Source: an uncultured bacterium
GTDB taxonomy: Bacteria; Chloroflexota; UBA5177; JANWHV01
DNA: 64,000 nt
Reading direction: 5' to 3'
Assembly: GCA_963827235.1 (NCBI GenBank)
Contig: CAWHAE010000012.1
Span: 1,536,001 to 1,600,000, forward strand
In this document: positions 51,266-61,237 of the stretch, one piece after another
Position numbering within the stretch: position 1 is the stretch's first letter
Layout: each line of letters opens with the position of its first letter
Made by a program: the position numbers and the translations under genes
Notes under the pieces: model-generated
What the model was told of the DNA's origin: nothing
Databases searched by the model: none
The model's input: the letters and a program-made list of their open reading frames with translations, nothing else

Positions 51266-54112
51266 TCACCGTTGTACGACGTTTGCGGCAGACTGGGCGC
51301 CGGCGGCGAGAGGGAGGCTGAGCCGGAAGGTGCTGCCGCCCGGGCCGGTCGCTTCCAGCTCGACCTCGCCGAGCATCGCCCGCGCAAGGCCGCGCGCCAG
51401 GTAGAGCCCCAGGCCGGTGCCGACTCGACCGGCCCGTATGCGGCTGCCGGGCAGGCGGCCGAAGCGGGTGAAGAGCCGCTCCCTGCCCCGCTCCGACACA
51501 CCCGCACCAAAGTCGCGCACCCGTACGTCGGCGTGCGCGCTGTTCTGTGACCACGACACGTGAATGGGGAATCCCTCGGGGGAGTACTTGGCGGCGTTGT
51601 CGATCAGATTCAAGAGAATCTGCAGGGCGCGATCGGGATCGGCCAGCACCTGCAGGTCGGCTGGACCCGCGAGATCGATCGCCTGGCCCTGGTAACTCGT
51701 CCTGATCTCCTCGACCGCGCGCCTGACCAGGCGGTCCAATACCACTGGCTCCGGGCCGGCCACGACAGGGCCAGACTCGAGGCGGCTGAGCAGGAGCAAT
51801 TCCTCGATCAGACGTTTCTGCCGGTTTGCCGAGGTAACGATACGGTGGACCATCTTCAGGCGATCCGGATCGTCCAGCCGGCGCCACTGCGCCTCCAGCA
51901 GCTCGGCGTAGCCGACGACGGCCGTGAGCGGAGAGCGGAGCTCGTGACTCACCGTGGCCACGAAGCCGCTGCGCAGCTCCGCCAGCTCTTCCGCGGCCGC
52001 AGCCTGCCGCGCCAGGACCTCCTCGGCGCGCTTCAGCTCGGTCACATCGCGTGAGATACCCACGAGCCCCACCACGCTGCCGTCCCGCACGACGGGCACC
52101 TTCGTAGCCTGGATCCAGCAAAGCCGCTGCGCGAAGGCGGCGTGATCTTCGATGACGCCAATCAGAGGCTGCCGCGTCCGCATCATCTCCTGCTCCGCGT
52201 CGTAGAGCACTTGGGCCACGTCGCGTGGGTAGAAGTCGAAATCGGTCTTGCCGATCTCCTCGGCCCGGCTCTGCAGGCCGACGTACGCCGCGTGGGCCTT
52301 GTTGGCCCTGACGAGGCGAGAGCTGCGATCCTTGAAGTAGATGTAGTCAGGGACCGCGTCGAGCAGGGTCTGTAGCAGCTGCCGCTCGGCTTCCAGGGAG
52401 CGGAGCAGATCGTTGCGTTCCAGGGCCGCTGAAAGGTAGCCGGCCAGCTGGGAGAGGCCGTCGAAGGTCTCGGGGATCGCTCCCGACCCTGCGCCGTCGC
52501 CAGGGCCGGCGAGGGCGAGGACTCCCCAGTCGTTCCCAGCCGTGCGCATGGGCAGGACGAGCACGGGGTCATCCTCTCCCACCCCTGGCGCGGTGAGGAG
52601 CTCCTCAGGGGGGAAGGCATCTGCCGCCCAGCTGCTGCCCGGGGTCACCGGTGGGACGCCGTCACGGACGTAGGAGCCAGCGACCGTGAGACGGCGCGAC
52701 CGCCCATCCTCACCGGGCTCGTCCCAGCGGGCCAGACAGCCGCGCCGTACCGGCGAGTGGGCAAGCCAGGCGAGATCGAGCAAGCGCTCGCCGGTCAGGT
52801 TCGCGAGCCGCCCGACGAGCCTAGAGCTGCGCCCGATGAAGTCATCGATGAACTCACCTCGGCGCTCGGCGACCGCGCCTGCGGCGCGCAGGCAGTACAG
52901 CCTGGCCTGGCGCAGGTAGGCGGCGATACGCTTCCGCGCGGTATTGTGTTGCCGCGCGATGGTGGCGGCCTGTTCGAGCACCGCCAACACGCGGTCGAGG
53001 GCGTCGGCATCTGCCGCGCAGCCGCCGGCCACCTGCCAGGCCTCGGCCAGCAGCGCCTCCGGTGGCAGCACGTCGCCCGTGGCGGCAGCCTCCAGTCCCG
53101 CCGCGATCGCGGTGAGGGCGGGCCAGAGGGACCCGGACTGGCCCTGCGGCGGCAGGGGATCGGGAGCCAGCAGCGCAGCCGCTAACTCCTGTGCGAGGGG
53201 CTCCTCCCGTGCCGGGCGCACCGCGCGGGGCGTGCCGGCACGCCGGCCAGACCCGGCAGGCTCCCGGCAACCGCAGGACCCGCGGAGGATCAGCGGGGCG
53301 TCGAGAGAGGACACGCCGGCGTTGGCGGAGTTTCCCACCAACTGCGCCAGCAGCAGTGAGGCTGCCGTCCTGCCAAGCGTGTCGGGGTGCTGGCGGACGG
53401 TGGTCAGAGCCGGCGTGCTGTGCCGGGCCGGCGGCGCGTCGCCGAAGCCGACCACGGCCAGGTCCTCGGGCACGCGACGGCCGAAAGCCCGGGCAGCGTG
53501 CAGCACGGCCAGAGCGATGGCGTCGGTCTCGGCGAAGACCGCGGTACAGGGCGAGTCCGCGGCGAGCAGGCGGTGCATTGCCGCCGCTACGTTGCTCACG
53601 TCGTTCTCGGTGTCCGCGAGGTAGAGCAGGCCAGGATCGGGCTCGAGGCCGCGCTCGTGGAAGGCGTGCAGGTAGCCTGCGTGGCGTCTCCGCAGGTCGC
53701 GGCGTGCGAGGAGGCCGAAGAAAGCGATATGGCGATGGCCGTGGTCGAGGAGGTGGCGCACCGCGGCCAGGGCGCCGGCGGCATCGTCCGTGCAGACGTT
53801 CAGGCAGGGGAGGCCGAGGTGGCTGCCGGCAATGGTGACGAGCGGCCGGCCCGCCTGCAGGAGCATCCGCGCGTCGCCGCTCGTGACGGCATCCTGGACG
53901 ACGATCCAGGCGTCGATGCTGTGCTGCGGGTAGGAGACCAGCTCGCCCGGGACGGGGACGGCGTCGTGGTCGAGCAGTGGCGGGAGGGTCTGGATAACGA
54001 TCAATCGCGCACCATTGGCGCGTGCCACCTGGTGAATGCCGCGCAGCACGCCGCGGAAGTAGTAGCCCCGGCACATCGGTAGCAGCACGCCAACCGTGCG
54101 CTTCTCGGACAT
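51266..54112 (-). CDS. Sensor kinase with N-terminal LacI-type ligand-binding domain (no HTH), PAS and HisKA/HATPase
   Basis: HLLDHGHRHIAF, RVPEDLAVVGFGD, LTTVRQ, LILRGSCGC; IYFKD..GKTDFDFYP; VSHELRSPL; GAGGAGG RBS. Confidence 0.9.
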   Translation of the reverse strand: MSEKRTVGVLLPMCRGYYFRGVLRGIHQVARANGARLIVIQTLPPLLDHDAVPVPGELVSYPQHSIDAWIVVQDAVTSGDARMLLQAGRPLVTIAGSHLGLPCLNVCTDDAAGALAAVRHLLDHGHRHIAFFGLLARRDLRRRHAGYLHAFHERGLEPDPGLLYLADTENDVSNVAAAMHRLLAADSPCTAVFAETDAIALAVLHAARAFGRRVPEDLAVVGFGDAPPARHSTPALTTVRQHPDTLGRTAASLLLAQLVGNSANAGVSSLDAPLILRGSCGCREPAGSGRRAGTPRAVRPAREEPLAQELAAALLAPDPLPPQGQSGSLWPALTAIAAGLEAAATGDVLPPEALLAEAWQVAGGCAADADALDRVLAVLEQAATIARQHNTARKRIAAYLRQARLYCLRAAGAVAERRGEFIDDFIGRSSRLVGRLANLTGERLLDLAWLAHSPVRRGCLARWDEPGEDGRSRRLTVAGSYVRDGVPPVTPGSSWAADAFPPEELLTAPGVGEDDPVLVLPMRTAGNDWGVLALAGPGDGAGSGAIPETFDGLSQLAGYLSAALERNDLLRSLEAERQLLQTLLDAVPDYIYFKDRSSRLVRANKAHAAYVGLQSRAEEIGKTDFDFYPRDVAQVLYDAEQEMMRTRQPLIGVIEDHAAFAQRLCWIQATKVPVVRDGSVVGLVGISRDVTELKRAEEVLARQAAAAEELAELRSGFVATVSHELRSPLTAVVGYAELLEAQWRRLDDPDRLKMVHRIVTSANRQKRLIEELLLLSRLESGPVVAGPEPVVLDRLVRRAVEEIRTSYQGQAIDLAGPADLQVLADPDRALQILLNLIDNAAKYSPEGFPIHVSWSQNSAHADVRVRDFGAGVSERGRERLFTRFGRLPGSRIRAGRVGTGLGLYLARGLARAMLGEVELEATGPGGSTFRLSLPLAAGAQSAANVVQR

Positions 54113-54162
54113 GGGCAGATCCTCCTCAGTAGCGATGCGGCGTGTTGCCGCACGCCGCATCG

Positions 54163-54723
54163 CTAACCCTGCTGAACCGCCTCGAAGTGGATGGTCACCG
54201 TGATCCTGTCGCCGACCACCGCACTTCCCGTCTGCAGCAGCGGGTTGTAGATTATCGCGAACTCTCTGCGCGAGAGCGTCGTCTCTGCCGTGAAGCCCGC
54301 CCGCAGGCTCCCTGCTTCATATGGGTCGGGGATCTGGCCCTCGTACGACATCTCGAGCGTCACCGACCGAGTCACCCCCTTGATCGTCAGCTCACCCCGC
54401 ACCAGATACTGCCGGTCCCGCACGTGTAGCACGCGGGTACTGCGGAACCAGATGGTGGGGTAGTGCGCCACGTCGAAGAAGTTGGCCGAGCGCAGGTCGG
54501 AGTCGCGCCGCTCGTGGCCGGTGCTCAGCGCGGTGACGTCGATTGTGGCCATGGCCGACCCGGTGGTGAGGTCGTCCGGGTCGAAGTGGAGGGAGCCACT
54601 GATGGGGCCCAGGAGCCCGGTGACGGTGGCGATCATGAAGTGCTTGGCCGAGAACTGGGCCTGGTTATGGTCGGGATCAATGGTCCAGGTCGGCATTCCG
54701 GTGGGAGGCGCGTCAGCGCTCAT
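54163..54723 (-). CDS. YceI-family protein
   Basis: WTIDPDH, RDSDLRSANFFDV..YP.I.F.S, GELTIKGVT. Confidence 0.93.
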   Translation of the reverse strand: MSADAPPTGMPTWTIDPDHNQAQFSAKHFMIATVTGLLGPISGSLHFDPDDLTTGSAMATIDVTALSTGHERRDSDLRSANFFDVAHYPTIWFRSTRVLHVRDRQYLVRGELTIKGVTRSVTLEMSYEGQIPDPYEAGSLRAGFTAETTLSRREFAIIYNPLLQTGSAVVGDRITVTIHFEAVQQG

Positions 54724-55076
54724 CGCCGCTTGCCTTTCGTCTGTAGGTGGCGACCGTCTCGTGGCGAGCATGGGCTACGCCCTCCGTGGCGTCCTCTTGC
54801 CGCTCGGTACATGCAGGCACTCGGTCTCCTGGTGCGCTGCGCCGCGTGCGTGGGAGTGCAGACCTGGCCACCCGGCGCAGCGCGTCTCTCTCAGCCTCCA
54901 GTCTGCGTCACCCAAGCGACCCATACCAGCCAAACTGGTCAGTCTGGTGCACAAAGTGTTGAACAGAGTTGCCGCCCTACGGCGCGCTGCCGGCCGCTGC
55001 CGGCGGGGTGCTACAATGACCGCGAACACGGCCGGAGCGCCGGCCTGCGCCGGCCGCTCCCCCGCGAGGGCGCGAC

Positions 55077-58000
55077 ATGGACACGGCAGAAAAGCGGCCG
55101 TTTGGCCTCGTGCTGCGGGGCTATCGGATAGCGGCGGGGCTCTCGCAGGAGGAGCTGGCGGAGCGGGCGGGCCTGCACCGGCGCACCGTCAGCGATCTGG
55201 AGCGCGGGGCGACGGATGCGCCGTATCGGAGCACGCTGGCGCTGCTTGCGGAGGGGCTGAGGCTAGACGCGGCGCAACGCGCGGCACTGGAGCGGGCGGC
55301 GCGCCGCGGCAGGGCTGTGGAGGGCGGCGACGGGAGCGCGCGGCAGGACTGGGGGGAAGCGCCGGCCGTGCCGGTGCTCCAGGGGCGCACCCAGGAGTTG
55401 GCCACGCTGGCCCGCTGGGTGCGCGAGGAGGGCTGCCGTGTGCTCCAGGTGCTGGGGCTGGGTGGCATCGGCAAGACCGCGCTAGCCGTCCGATTGGCCC
55501 ACGACCTGGCAGACGAGCTGGCAGTGGTGTACTGGCGGAGCCTGCGCAACGCGCCGCCGCCCGAGGAGTGGCTGGCCGGCGCCATCGGCGCGCTCTCCGC
55601 GGGCCAAGCCCTCGTCCCCGAGGGGTTCGCGGCGCGCCTGGTGCTGCTCCTGGACCTGCTGCGGCGGCAGCGCGCACTGCTGGTGCTGGACAACCTGGAG
55701 ACGGTGCTGGAGTCGGGGGCACCCGAGGTGCGCTATCGCGCGGGGTATGAGGGCTATGGGGAGGTGTTGGAGCGGCTGGGGGCGAGCGCGCACGAGGGCT
55801 GCCTGCTGCTGACCAGCCGGGAGCAGCCGCTGCCTGTGGAGCAGCCCGCGGTGTGCGCGTTGCGCCCTGGGGGGCTGGCGGTAGGGGAGGCCCGCGCCAT
55901 GCTGGCAGTCCCTGACCTGGCGGGCGATGCGGCGGCGTGGCAGGCGCTGGTACGGCGCTACGGGGGGAACCCGCTGGCGCTCAAGGTGGTAGGGGAGACC
56001 ATCGAGGCAGTGTTCGGCGGGGACATCGCGGCATTCCTGGCACAGGAGGTAACCGTCGTCGGCGGTATCCGGCAGGTACTCGACCAGCAGGCGGCGCGTC
56101 TGTCGGCGCTGGAGCAAGCGGTGGTGACATGGCTTGCGGTGGAGCGGGAGCCCGTGGGGTTTGCCGCGCTGGTAGCCGACTTAGGGCCGGGGGTGGCGCG
56201 GGTGGGAGTGATCGAGGCGGTGGAGGGGCTGCAGCGGCGCTCGCTCCTGGAGCCAGGGGCGCGCGGCACGTTCACCCTGCAACCAGTGGTGCTGGAGTAC
56301 ACCACGGCCCAGCTGCTCGAACGGGTGGAGCAGGAGGTACTGGCGGGCAAGCCAGTCCTGCTGACCAGGTACGCGCTGGTCAAGGCGCAGGGCAAGGATT
56401 ACGTGCGGCGCAGCCAGGAGCGGCTGATCGCGCTTCCGCTCTTGGAGCGGTTGCGTGCCGGCAGAGACAGCTCGGCACTGGAGCGGCAGCTGCTGGCGTT
56501 GCTGGCAGTGTGGCGGCGGCATTCGGTGGAGGAGCAGGGCTACGGTCCGGGCAACGTGGTAAACCTGCTGCGCCTGCTGCGGGGGGAGCTGCGGGGACTG
56601 GACCTCTCGCGCCTGTCAATACGGCAGGCCTACCTGGCCGAGGCAGAGGCCCAGGACGCCAGCCTGGCGGGGGCGCACCTCGCCGAGGCAGCGCTGGCCG
56701 AGCCCTTCGCCTTCCCGGACTCCGTCGCGCTGAGCGCGGACGGCGGGCTGCTGGCCGCGGGGACGTCCACGGGCGAGGTGCGCCTGTGGCGGGTGGCGGA
56801 CCGCATGCCGCTGCTGGCGCTGCCGGGCCATCGCGGCATGGTCTGTTCCGTGGCACTCTCGGCGGACGGCGGGCTGCTGGCCAGCGCCAGTCAGGACGGG
56901 ACGGATCCCAGGCTGTGGGAGGCGCCTAGCGGGCGGCTGCTGGCCACGCTGCAGGGGCACAGCGGCGCGGTCTATCGCGTGGCGGTGAGCGCGGATGGCG
57001 CGCTGGTGGCGAGTGGCGGCCAAGATGGGATGGTCCGGCTTTGGGAGGTGCCGAGCGGGCGGCTGCTGGCCACGCTGCCAGGGCACAGCGATGCGGTGTG
57101 GGGCGTGGCCCTCTCGGGAGACGGACGAGTGGTGGCCAGCGGGAGCTTTGACGGGACGGTCCGGCTGTGGGAAACGGCGAGTGGGCGGCTGCTGGCCACG
57201 CTGGAGGGACACAGCGGCGGGGTCCTGGGCGTGGCGCTCTCGGGGGACGGACGGGTGGTGGCCAGCGGCGGCTTCGACGGGACAGTCCGACTGTGGGAGG
57301 TGCCGAGCGGGCGTCCGCTGGCCACGCTGGACGGACCCGGGGGCACAGTCTGGCGCGTGGCGCTCTCGGGGGATGGACGGCTGCTGGCAAGTAGCAGTCT
57401 CGACGGGACAGTCGGGCTGTGGGAGGCGCCGAGCGGGCGGCCAGTGGCGACCCTGCAGGGGCACAGCGGCCAGGTCAATGGCGTGGCCCTGAGCGGGGAT
57501 GGCGGGCTGCTGGCCAGCGGCGGCCAGGACGGGACGATCCGGCTTTGGGAGGCGCCGAGCAGGCGAGCGCTGGCCACGCTGCAGGGGCACACCGGCGCAG
57601 TCAACGGCGTGGCGTTGAGCGCAGACGGCGGGCTGGTGGCCGGCGGCGGCGAGGACTGGACGGTTCGGCTGTGGGACGTCGCCAGCGGACGGCCGCTCGC
57701 CGCGCTGCAAGGCCACACGGGCGGGATCTGGGGCGCGGCGCTCTCGGCGGATGGGCGGTTGGTGGCCAGCGGCAGCTCCGATGGTGCGATCAAGCTCTGG
57801 GAGGTGCCGAGCGGGCGTCCGCTGGCCACGCTGCAGGCGCACGGCGGCCCAGCCCTGGACGTGGCGCTGAGCGCGGATGGCGGGCTGCTGGCCGGCGGCT
57901 TCGATGGAGCAGTCCGGTTGTGGGAGGTACCGAGCGGGCGGCTGCTGGCCACGCTGCAGGCGCACGGCGGCTGGGTCCTGGGCGTGGCGCTGAGCGCGGA

Positions 58001-58706
58001 CGGAGCGGTGGTGGCCGGTGGCATCTTTAGCGGGACGGTGCAGTTGTGGGAGGCGACGCGACCCGCCGATTCGGCGGGTGCCCCGAGCGGGTCCCCGGGG
58101 CGGCCGCTGGCCACGCTGGAGGGGCACAGCGGCCCGGTCCGGTGCGTAGCGCTGAACGGGGATGGACGCCTCGTGGCAAGCGGCGGCGTCGACGGGACGG
58201 TGCAGCTGTGGGAGGCGACGCGACCCGCCGATTCGGTGGGTGCCCCGAGCGGGTCCCCGGGGCGGCCGCTGGCGACGCTGCAGGCACACAGCGGCGGGGT
58301 CTATGCCGTGGCCCTGAGCGGGGACGGCGGGCTGCTGGCCAGCGGCGGCGCTGACGGGACGGTGAAGTTGTGGGCGACGCCGCGACCCGCTGCCGGGACT
58401 CGACCCGCCCTGGCGGGTACCCCGGAAGCGGGTCGGACACCGAGCGGATCCCCGGGGCAGTTACTGGCCACGCTGGAGGGACACAGCGGCCCGGTCCGGG
58501 GCGTGGCGCTCTCGGGGGACGGGCAGGTCGTGGCCAGCGCCGGCTACGACGGAACGACCCGGCTGTGGGAGGCGAGCAGTGGCGCCTGTTTGCGCGTGCT
58601 GCGTGCCGAGCGCCGCTACGAGCGCCTGGACGTCACAGGCCTGACCGGCGTGACGGGCGTGCAGCGGGCGGCGCTCCTGGCCCTGGGTGCCGTAGAGAAA
58701 AGCTGA
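55077..58706 (+). CDS. STAND/NLR-like protein: XRE HTH + NB-ARC + about 14 WD40 repeats
   Basis: LSQEELAERAG, Walker A GLGGIGKT, Walker B LLVLDNLE, LLTSRE, GNPLAL; 14 GH..W repeats. Confidence 0.93.
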   Translation: MDTAEKRPFGLVLRGYRIAAGLSQEELAERAGLHRRTVSDLERGATDAPYRSTLALLAEGLRLDAAQRAALERAARRGRAVEGGDGSARQDWGEAPAVPVLQGRTQELATLARWVREEGCRVLQVLGLGGIGKTALAVRLAHDLADELAVVYWRSLRNAPPPEEWLAGAIGALSAGQALVPEGFAARLVLLLDLLRRQRALLVLDNLETVLESGAPEVRYRAGYEGYGEVLERLGASAHEGCLLLTSREQPLPVEQPAVCALRPGGLAVGEARAMLAVPDLAGDAAAWQALVRRYGGNPLALKVVGETIEAVFGGDIAAFLAQEVTVVGGIRQVLDQQAARLSALEQAVVTWLAVEREPVGFAALVADLGPGVARVGVIEAVEGLQRRSLLEPGARGTFTLQPVVLEYTTAQLLERVEQEVLAGKPVLLTRYALVKAQGKDYVRRSQERLIALPLLERLRAGRDSSALERQLLALLAVWRRHSVEEQGYGPGNVVNLLRLLRGELRGLDLSRLSIRQAYLAEAEAQDASLAGAHLAEAALAEPFAFPDSVALSADGGLLAAGTSTGEVRLWRVADRMPLLALPGHRGMVCSVALSADGGLLASASQDGTDPRLWEAPSGRLLATLQGHSGAVYRVAVSADGALVASGGQDGMVRLWEVPSGRLLATLPGHSDAVWGVALSGDGRVVASGSFDGTVRLWETASGRLLATLEGHSGGVLGVALSGDGRVVASGGFDGTVRLWEVPSGRPLATLDGPGGTVWRVALSGDGRLLASSSLDGTVGLWEAPSGRPVATLQGHSGQVNGVALSGDGGLLASGGQDGTIRLWEAPSRRALATLQGHTGAVNGVALSADGGLVAGGGEDWTVRLWDVASGRPLAALQGHTGGIWGAALSADGRLVASGSSDGAIKLWEVPSGRPLATLQAHGGPALDVALSADGGLLAGGFDGAVRLWEVPSGRLLATLQAHGGWVLGVALSADGAVVAGGIFSGTVQLWEATRPADSAGAPSGSPGRPLATLEGHSGPVRCVALNGDGRLVASGGVDGTVQLWEATRPADSVGAPSGSPGRPLATLQAHSGGVYAVALSGDGGLLASGGADGTVKLWATPRPAAGTRPALAGTPEAGRTPSGSPGQLLATLEGHSGPVRGVALSGDGQVVASAGYDGTTRLWEASSGACLRVLRAERRYERLDVTGLTGVTGVQRAALLALGAVEKS
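56700..58600 (+). repeat. Tandem WD40-coding repeats of about 126 bp with high nucleotide similarity
   Basis: Recurrent GGCCACGCTG..GGGCACAGCGGC and CTGTGGGAG..CCGAGCGGG units. Confidence 0.85.
58056..58457 (+). repeat. Three in-frame palindromic insertions in WD40 loops
   Basis: Hairpins ACCCGCCG-ATT-CGGCGGGT (58061-58079), ACCCGCCG-ATT-CGGTGGGT (58223-58241), nested CGACCCGCT..ACCCGCC-CT-GGCGGGT-ACCCCGG..AGCGGGTCG (58383-58435). Confidence 0.8.
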
Positions 58707-58796
58707 GAATACAGCGAAGAAATGGCGTAGCGTGCCATCGCCGCACTGCACACCGTGCCGGCGCGGCAGATCGCGGGCCAACGGCTCGGCGAGAGC

Positions 58797-59751
58797 TCAG
58801 CCCTGGTCGAGACCGGCCGCCTGCAGCGCTTCCGCCAGGGTGGGCGTGCCTTCCATGGGACCCAGCCGCGTCACGGCCAGCCCGCCCACGGCGTTGGCAA
58901 GGCGGAGCATGCGCTCCGGCGCCAGATCCATGCAGCAGCCCATAGGCGATGGCGCCGGCGAAGGCATCCCCTGCCCCCGTCGGGTCGCGTTCCTCTCGCG
59001 CCCGCGTGGGCACGTGCACGGCGGCGTCGCGCGTGAACAAGGTGCTGCCCCGCGGCCCTTCTTTCAGGATCACCATTGCCACGCCTCGTTGCAGCAGGAT
59101 ACGTACTGCCTGCTCGACGTCGTCGCTGCCGGCCAGCATGGCCAGCTCCTTGCCGGAGGGCAGCACCACGTCGCTGAGGTCTACGATCGGCCCGCACACG
59201 TCCTCCAGCGACTCGCCTCCGAGCAGCTCCGGACGGATGTTCGGATCGAAGCTCACGCGCGCGCCTGCTTCCTTGCCCAGCCTGGCGGCACGCAGACAGG
59301 CGGCCCGCCACTCGCGGCTGGAGGCCAGCGTGGAGCCGGTGACGTGTACCAACCGGGCCCGGGCAAAGTACGCCGGATCGATCTCCGGCACCCGCGACGC
59401 TGCCGCGTGCTTGAGGTGGAACAGGAAGTCCCGGCCGCCGTCGGCGCGATAGGTGACAAAGGCAGTACCCGTGGCGCGCTCGGGATCCACGAGGAGATGG
59501 GTCAGGTCCACGCCGTCGCCGGCCAGGCGGCCGCGGAGCAGGCGCCCGAACGCATCGTCGCCCACGGAGCCGATGAAGCCGGTGGACAATCCCAGCCGGG
59601 CACAGGCACTGGCGAAGTCGGCAGGCGCGCCGCTGGGAAAGGGTCCCTCGAAGGGGCCGGGGGTATCGAGCGGAATGCCGGCGCGTGGCCGCATCACTTC
59701 CACCAATGCCTCGCCCAGCGCAATGACCTCTGGAGCCTGCCGTCCGTTCAT
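58797..59751 (-). CDS. PfkB-family sugar kinase, frameshift near 58927
   Basis: SGAPA, VGDDAFG, FDPNIR, DPTGAGDAF; C-terminus ANAVGGLAVTRLGPMEG lies in a shifted frame ending at TGA 58797. Confidence 0.88.
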
Positions 59752-59854
59752 GATCAGCTATCCTCATCCGGACTCGTGCAATCACATCCCGACAGCATAC
59801 ATGCTACCCCAGATCGGCGCGCGCCCGGTGCGCACGGCGTCTCTTACCCGAGGC

Positions 59855-61237
59855 CTACGCTGACGAGGAGGCGGCAGACGGGGGCGCCGACTCCAGGTGA
59901 GCGGTGTCCGCGGCTTGCCCACCGAGCCGTGCCCGGGCATAGAGGCCGCCGGCCAGGACCAGCAGGCCCGTCGCGGTGAAGAGGATGTCGATGTCGCTCC
60001 AGGCCATGCCGAGGCAACTGAAGTGCACGCCGTGAAGCACCGTACTCGCCAGGTAGCCGGCCAGGCCGGCGGACAGCAGCGAGGCCAGAGCAGTGGCCGG
60101 ATGGAACACGGCTGCCACGCGGCCGAGGAACTGGGCGGGAGTGACTTTCATGATGATTGGCCCGAGCACCACGTTCACCGCCGCATTCGGCAGACCGATG
60201 GCAAAGAGGAGGGCCACGGCGGGACCAAGACTGGTCATGCGCGAGTACACGAGCACGAGCACGCCCATGCCGACGAAGCCCAGCCAGAAGAGGCGGAAGA
60301 TACCCAGGCGGTCGCCGTAGACGGCGCCCAGCACGGCGCCGACGAGCAGACCGCAGCCGCCGGCTCCGCTGAGCAGACCGTAGAAGTGGGTGGACGCGTG
60401 CAGATTCTGCTGCAGGAAGAAGATGTCGAGCGCGTTGAGGCAGCCGCCGCCGAGCATGACCAGGCAAGCGGTGACCAGCACGACGCGAAGCGTCTGGTTG
60501 CCGACGAAGAACCGAAGTCCTTCCACCAGATCCTGGCGGTAGGTGCGTTCACGCCCGTGCTTGGCTCGGACCAACCACGTGCCGCGTATGGCGGCGATTG
60601 CCGCGAACGAGACCAGGAACGACACGGCGTTCAAGGTCAGGGCGAGCCCGGGCCCGCAGAGAAAATACAACGGCGCGGCGGCCATCGGTCCGAGGATCAT
60701 GGCCAGGCTCGACGTGGCCTGGCTCAGCCCGGATGCGCGCGCCCGGTACGGCTCCGGCACGATCTCCTGGATGATGGCCAGCCTGGCCGGGGCGAAGAAC
60801 TGCGCGCAGACGCCCGCCAGAAACACGACGGCGTAGATGGCTGCCAGCTGCGCCCGGGTGGAGAGACCTGCCGAGGGCAATGCGGGCAGGGCCACGGCAC
60901 CCGTGATCAGGGCCAGCACGGCGATCAGCACGGCGCGGCTGGCATCCATGCGCATCATCAGCCGGCGCCGGTCGAGCCGGTCGACGAAGACGCCGGAGAG
61001 AGGGCCGACCAGTGCGTCGGGCAGGGCACTGGCGGCGAGAACGCCGGCGACGGCGAGCGGAGCCCAGGAGGCGTTATGGGCGAGATCGGTCACGATCCAG
61101 AGCGCGAGCGTGGTGGTGAAGATGAAATCGCCGAGATTGGAAATTGATTGGCCGAGCCACAGCAGGCCGAACTGCCGGTTGACGAGCGGGCTAAATCGGC
61201 CGCCGGGCACATGGGAAGACACCGTGGTAGCATGCAT
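59855..61237 (-). CDS. MFS transporter (DHA3/macrolide-efflux-like)
   Basis: LWLGQSISNLGD, GVFVDRLDRRRLM, LGRV; GGAGGAG RBS. Confidence 0.9.
   Translation of the reverse strand: MHATTVSSHVPGGRFSPLVNRQFGLLWLGQSISNLGDFIFTTTLALWIVTDLAHNASWAPLAVAGVLAASALPDALVGPLSGVFVDRLDRRRLMMRMDASRAVLIAVLALITGAVALPALPSAGLSTRAQLAAIYAVVFLAGVCAQFFAPARLAIIQEIVPEPYRARASGLSQATSSLAMILGPMAAAPLYFLCGPGLALTLNAVSFLVSFAAIAAIRGTWLVRAKHGRERTYRQDLVEGLRFFVGNQTLRVVLVTACLVMLGGGCLNALDIFFLQQNLHASTHFYGLLSGAGGCGLLVGAVLGAVYGDRLGIFRLFWLGFVGMGVLVLVYSRMTSLGPAVALLFAIGLPNAAVNVVLGPIIMKVTPAQFLGRVAAVFHPATALASLLSAGLAGYLASTVLHGVHFSCLGMAWSDIDILFTATGLLVLAGGLYARARLGGQAADTAHLESAPPSAASSSA

Noticed and set aside
56895-56915. DGTDPRLW variant as another palindromic insertion
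   Set aside because: Only +3 nt relative to the repeat consensus, does not match the element, and could be indel noise
56700-58600. CRISPR array or DGR
   Set aside because: The repeats are in-frame WD40 coding units without unique spacers; no cas or reverse transcriptase gene is present
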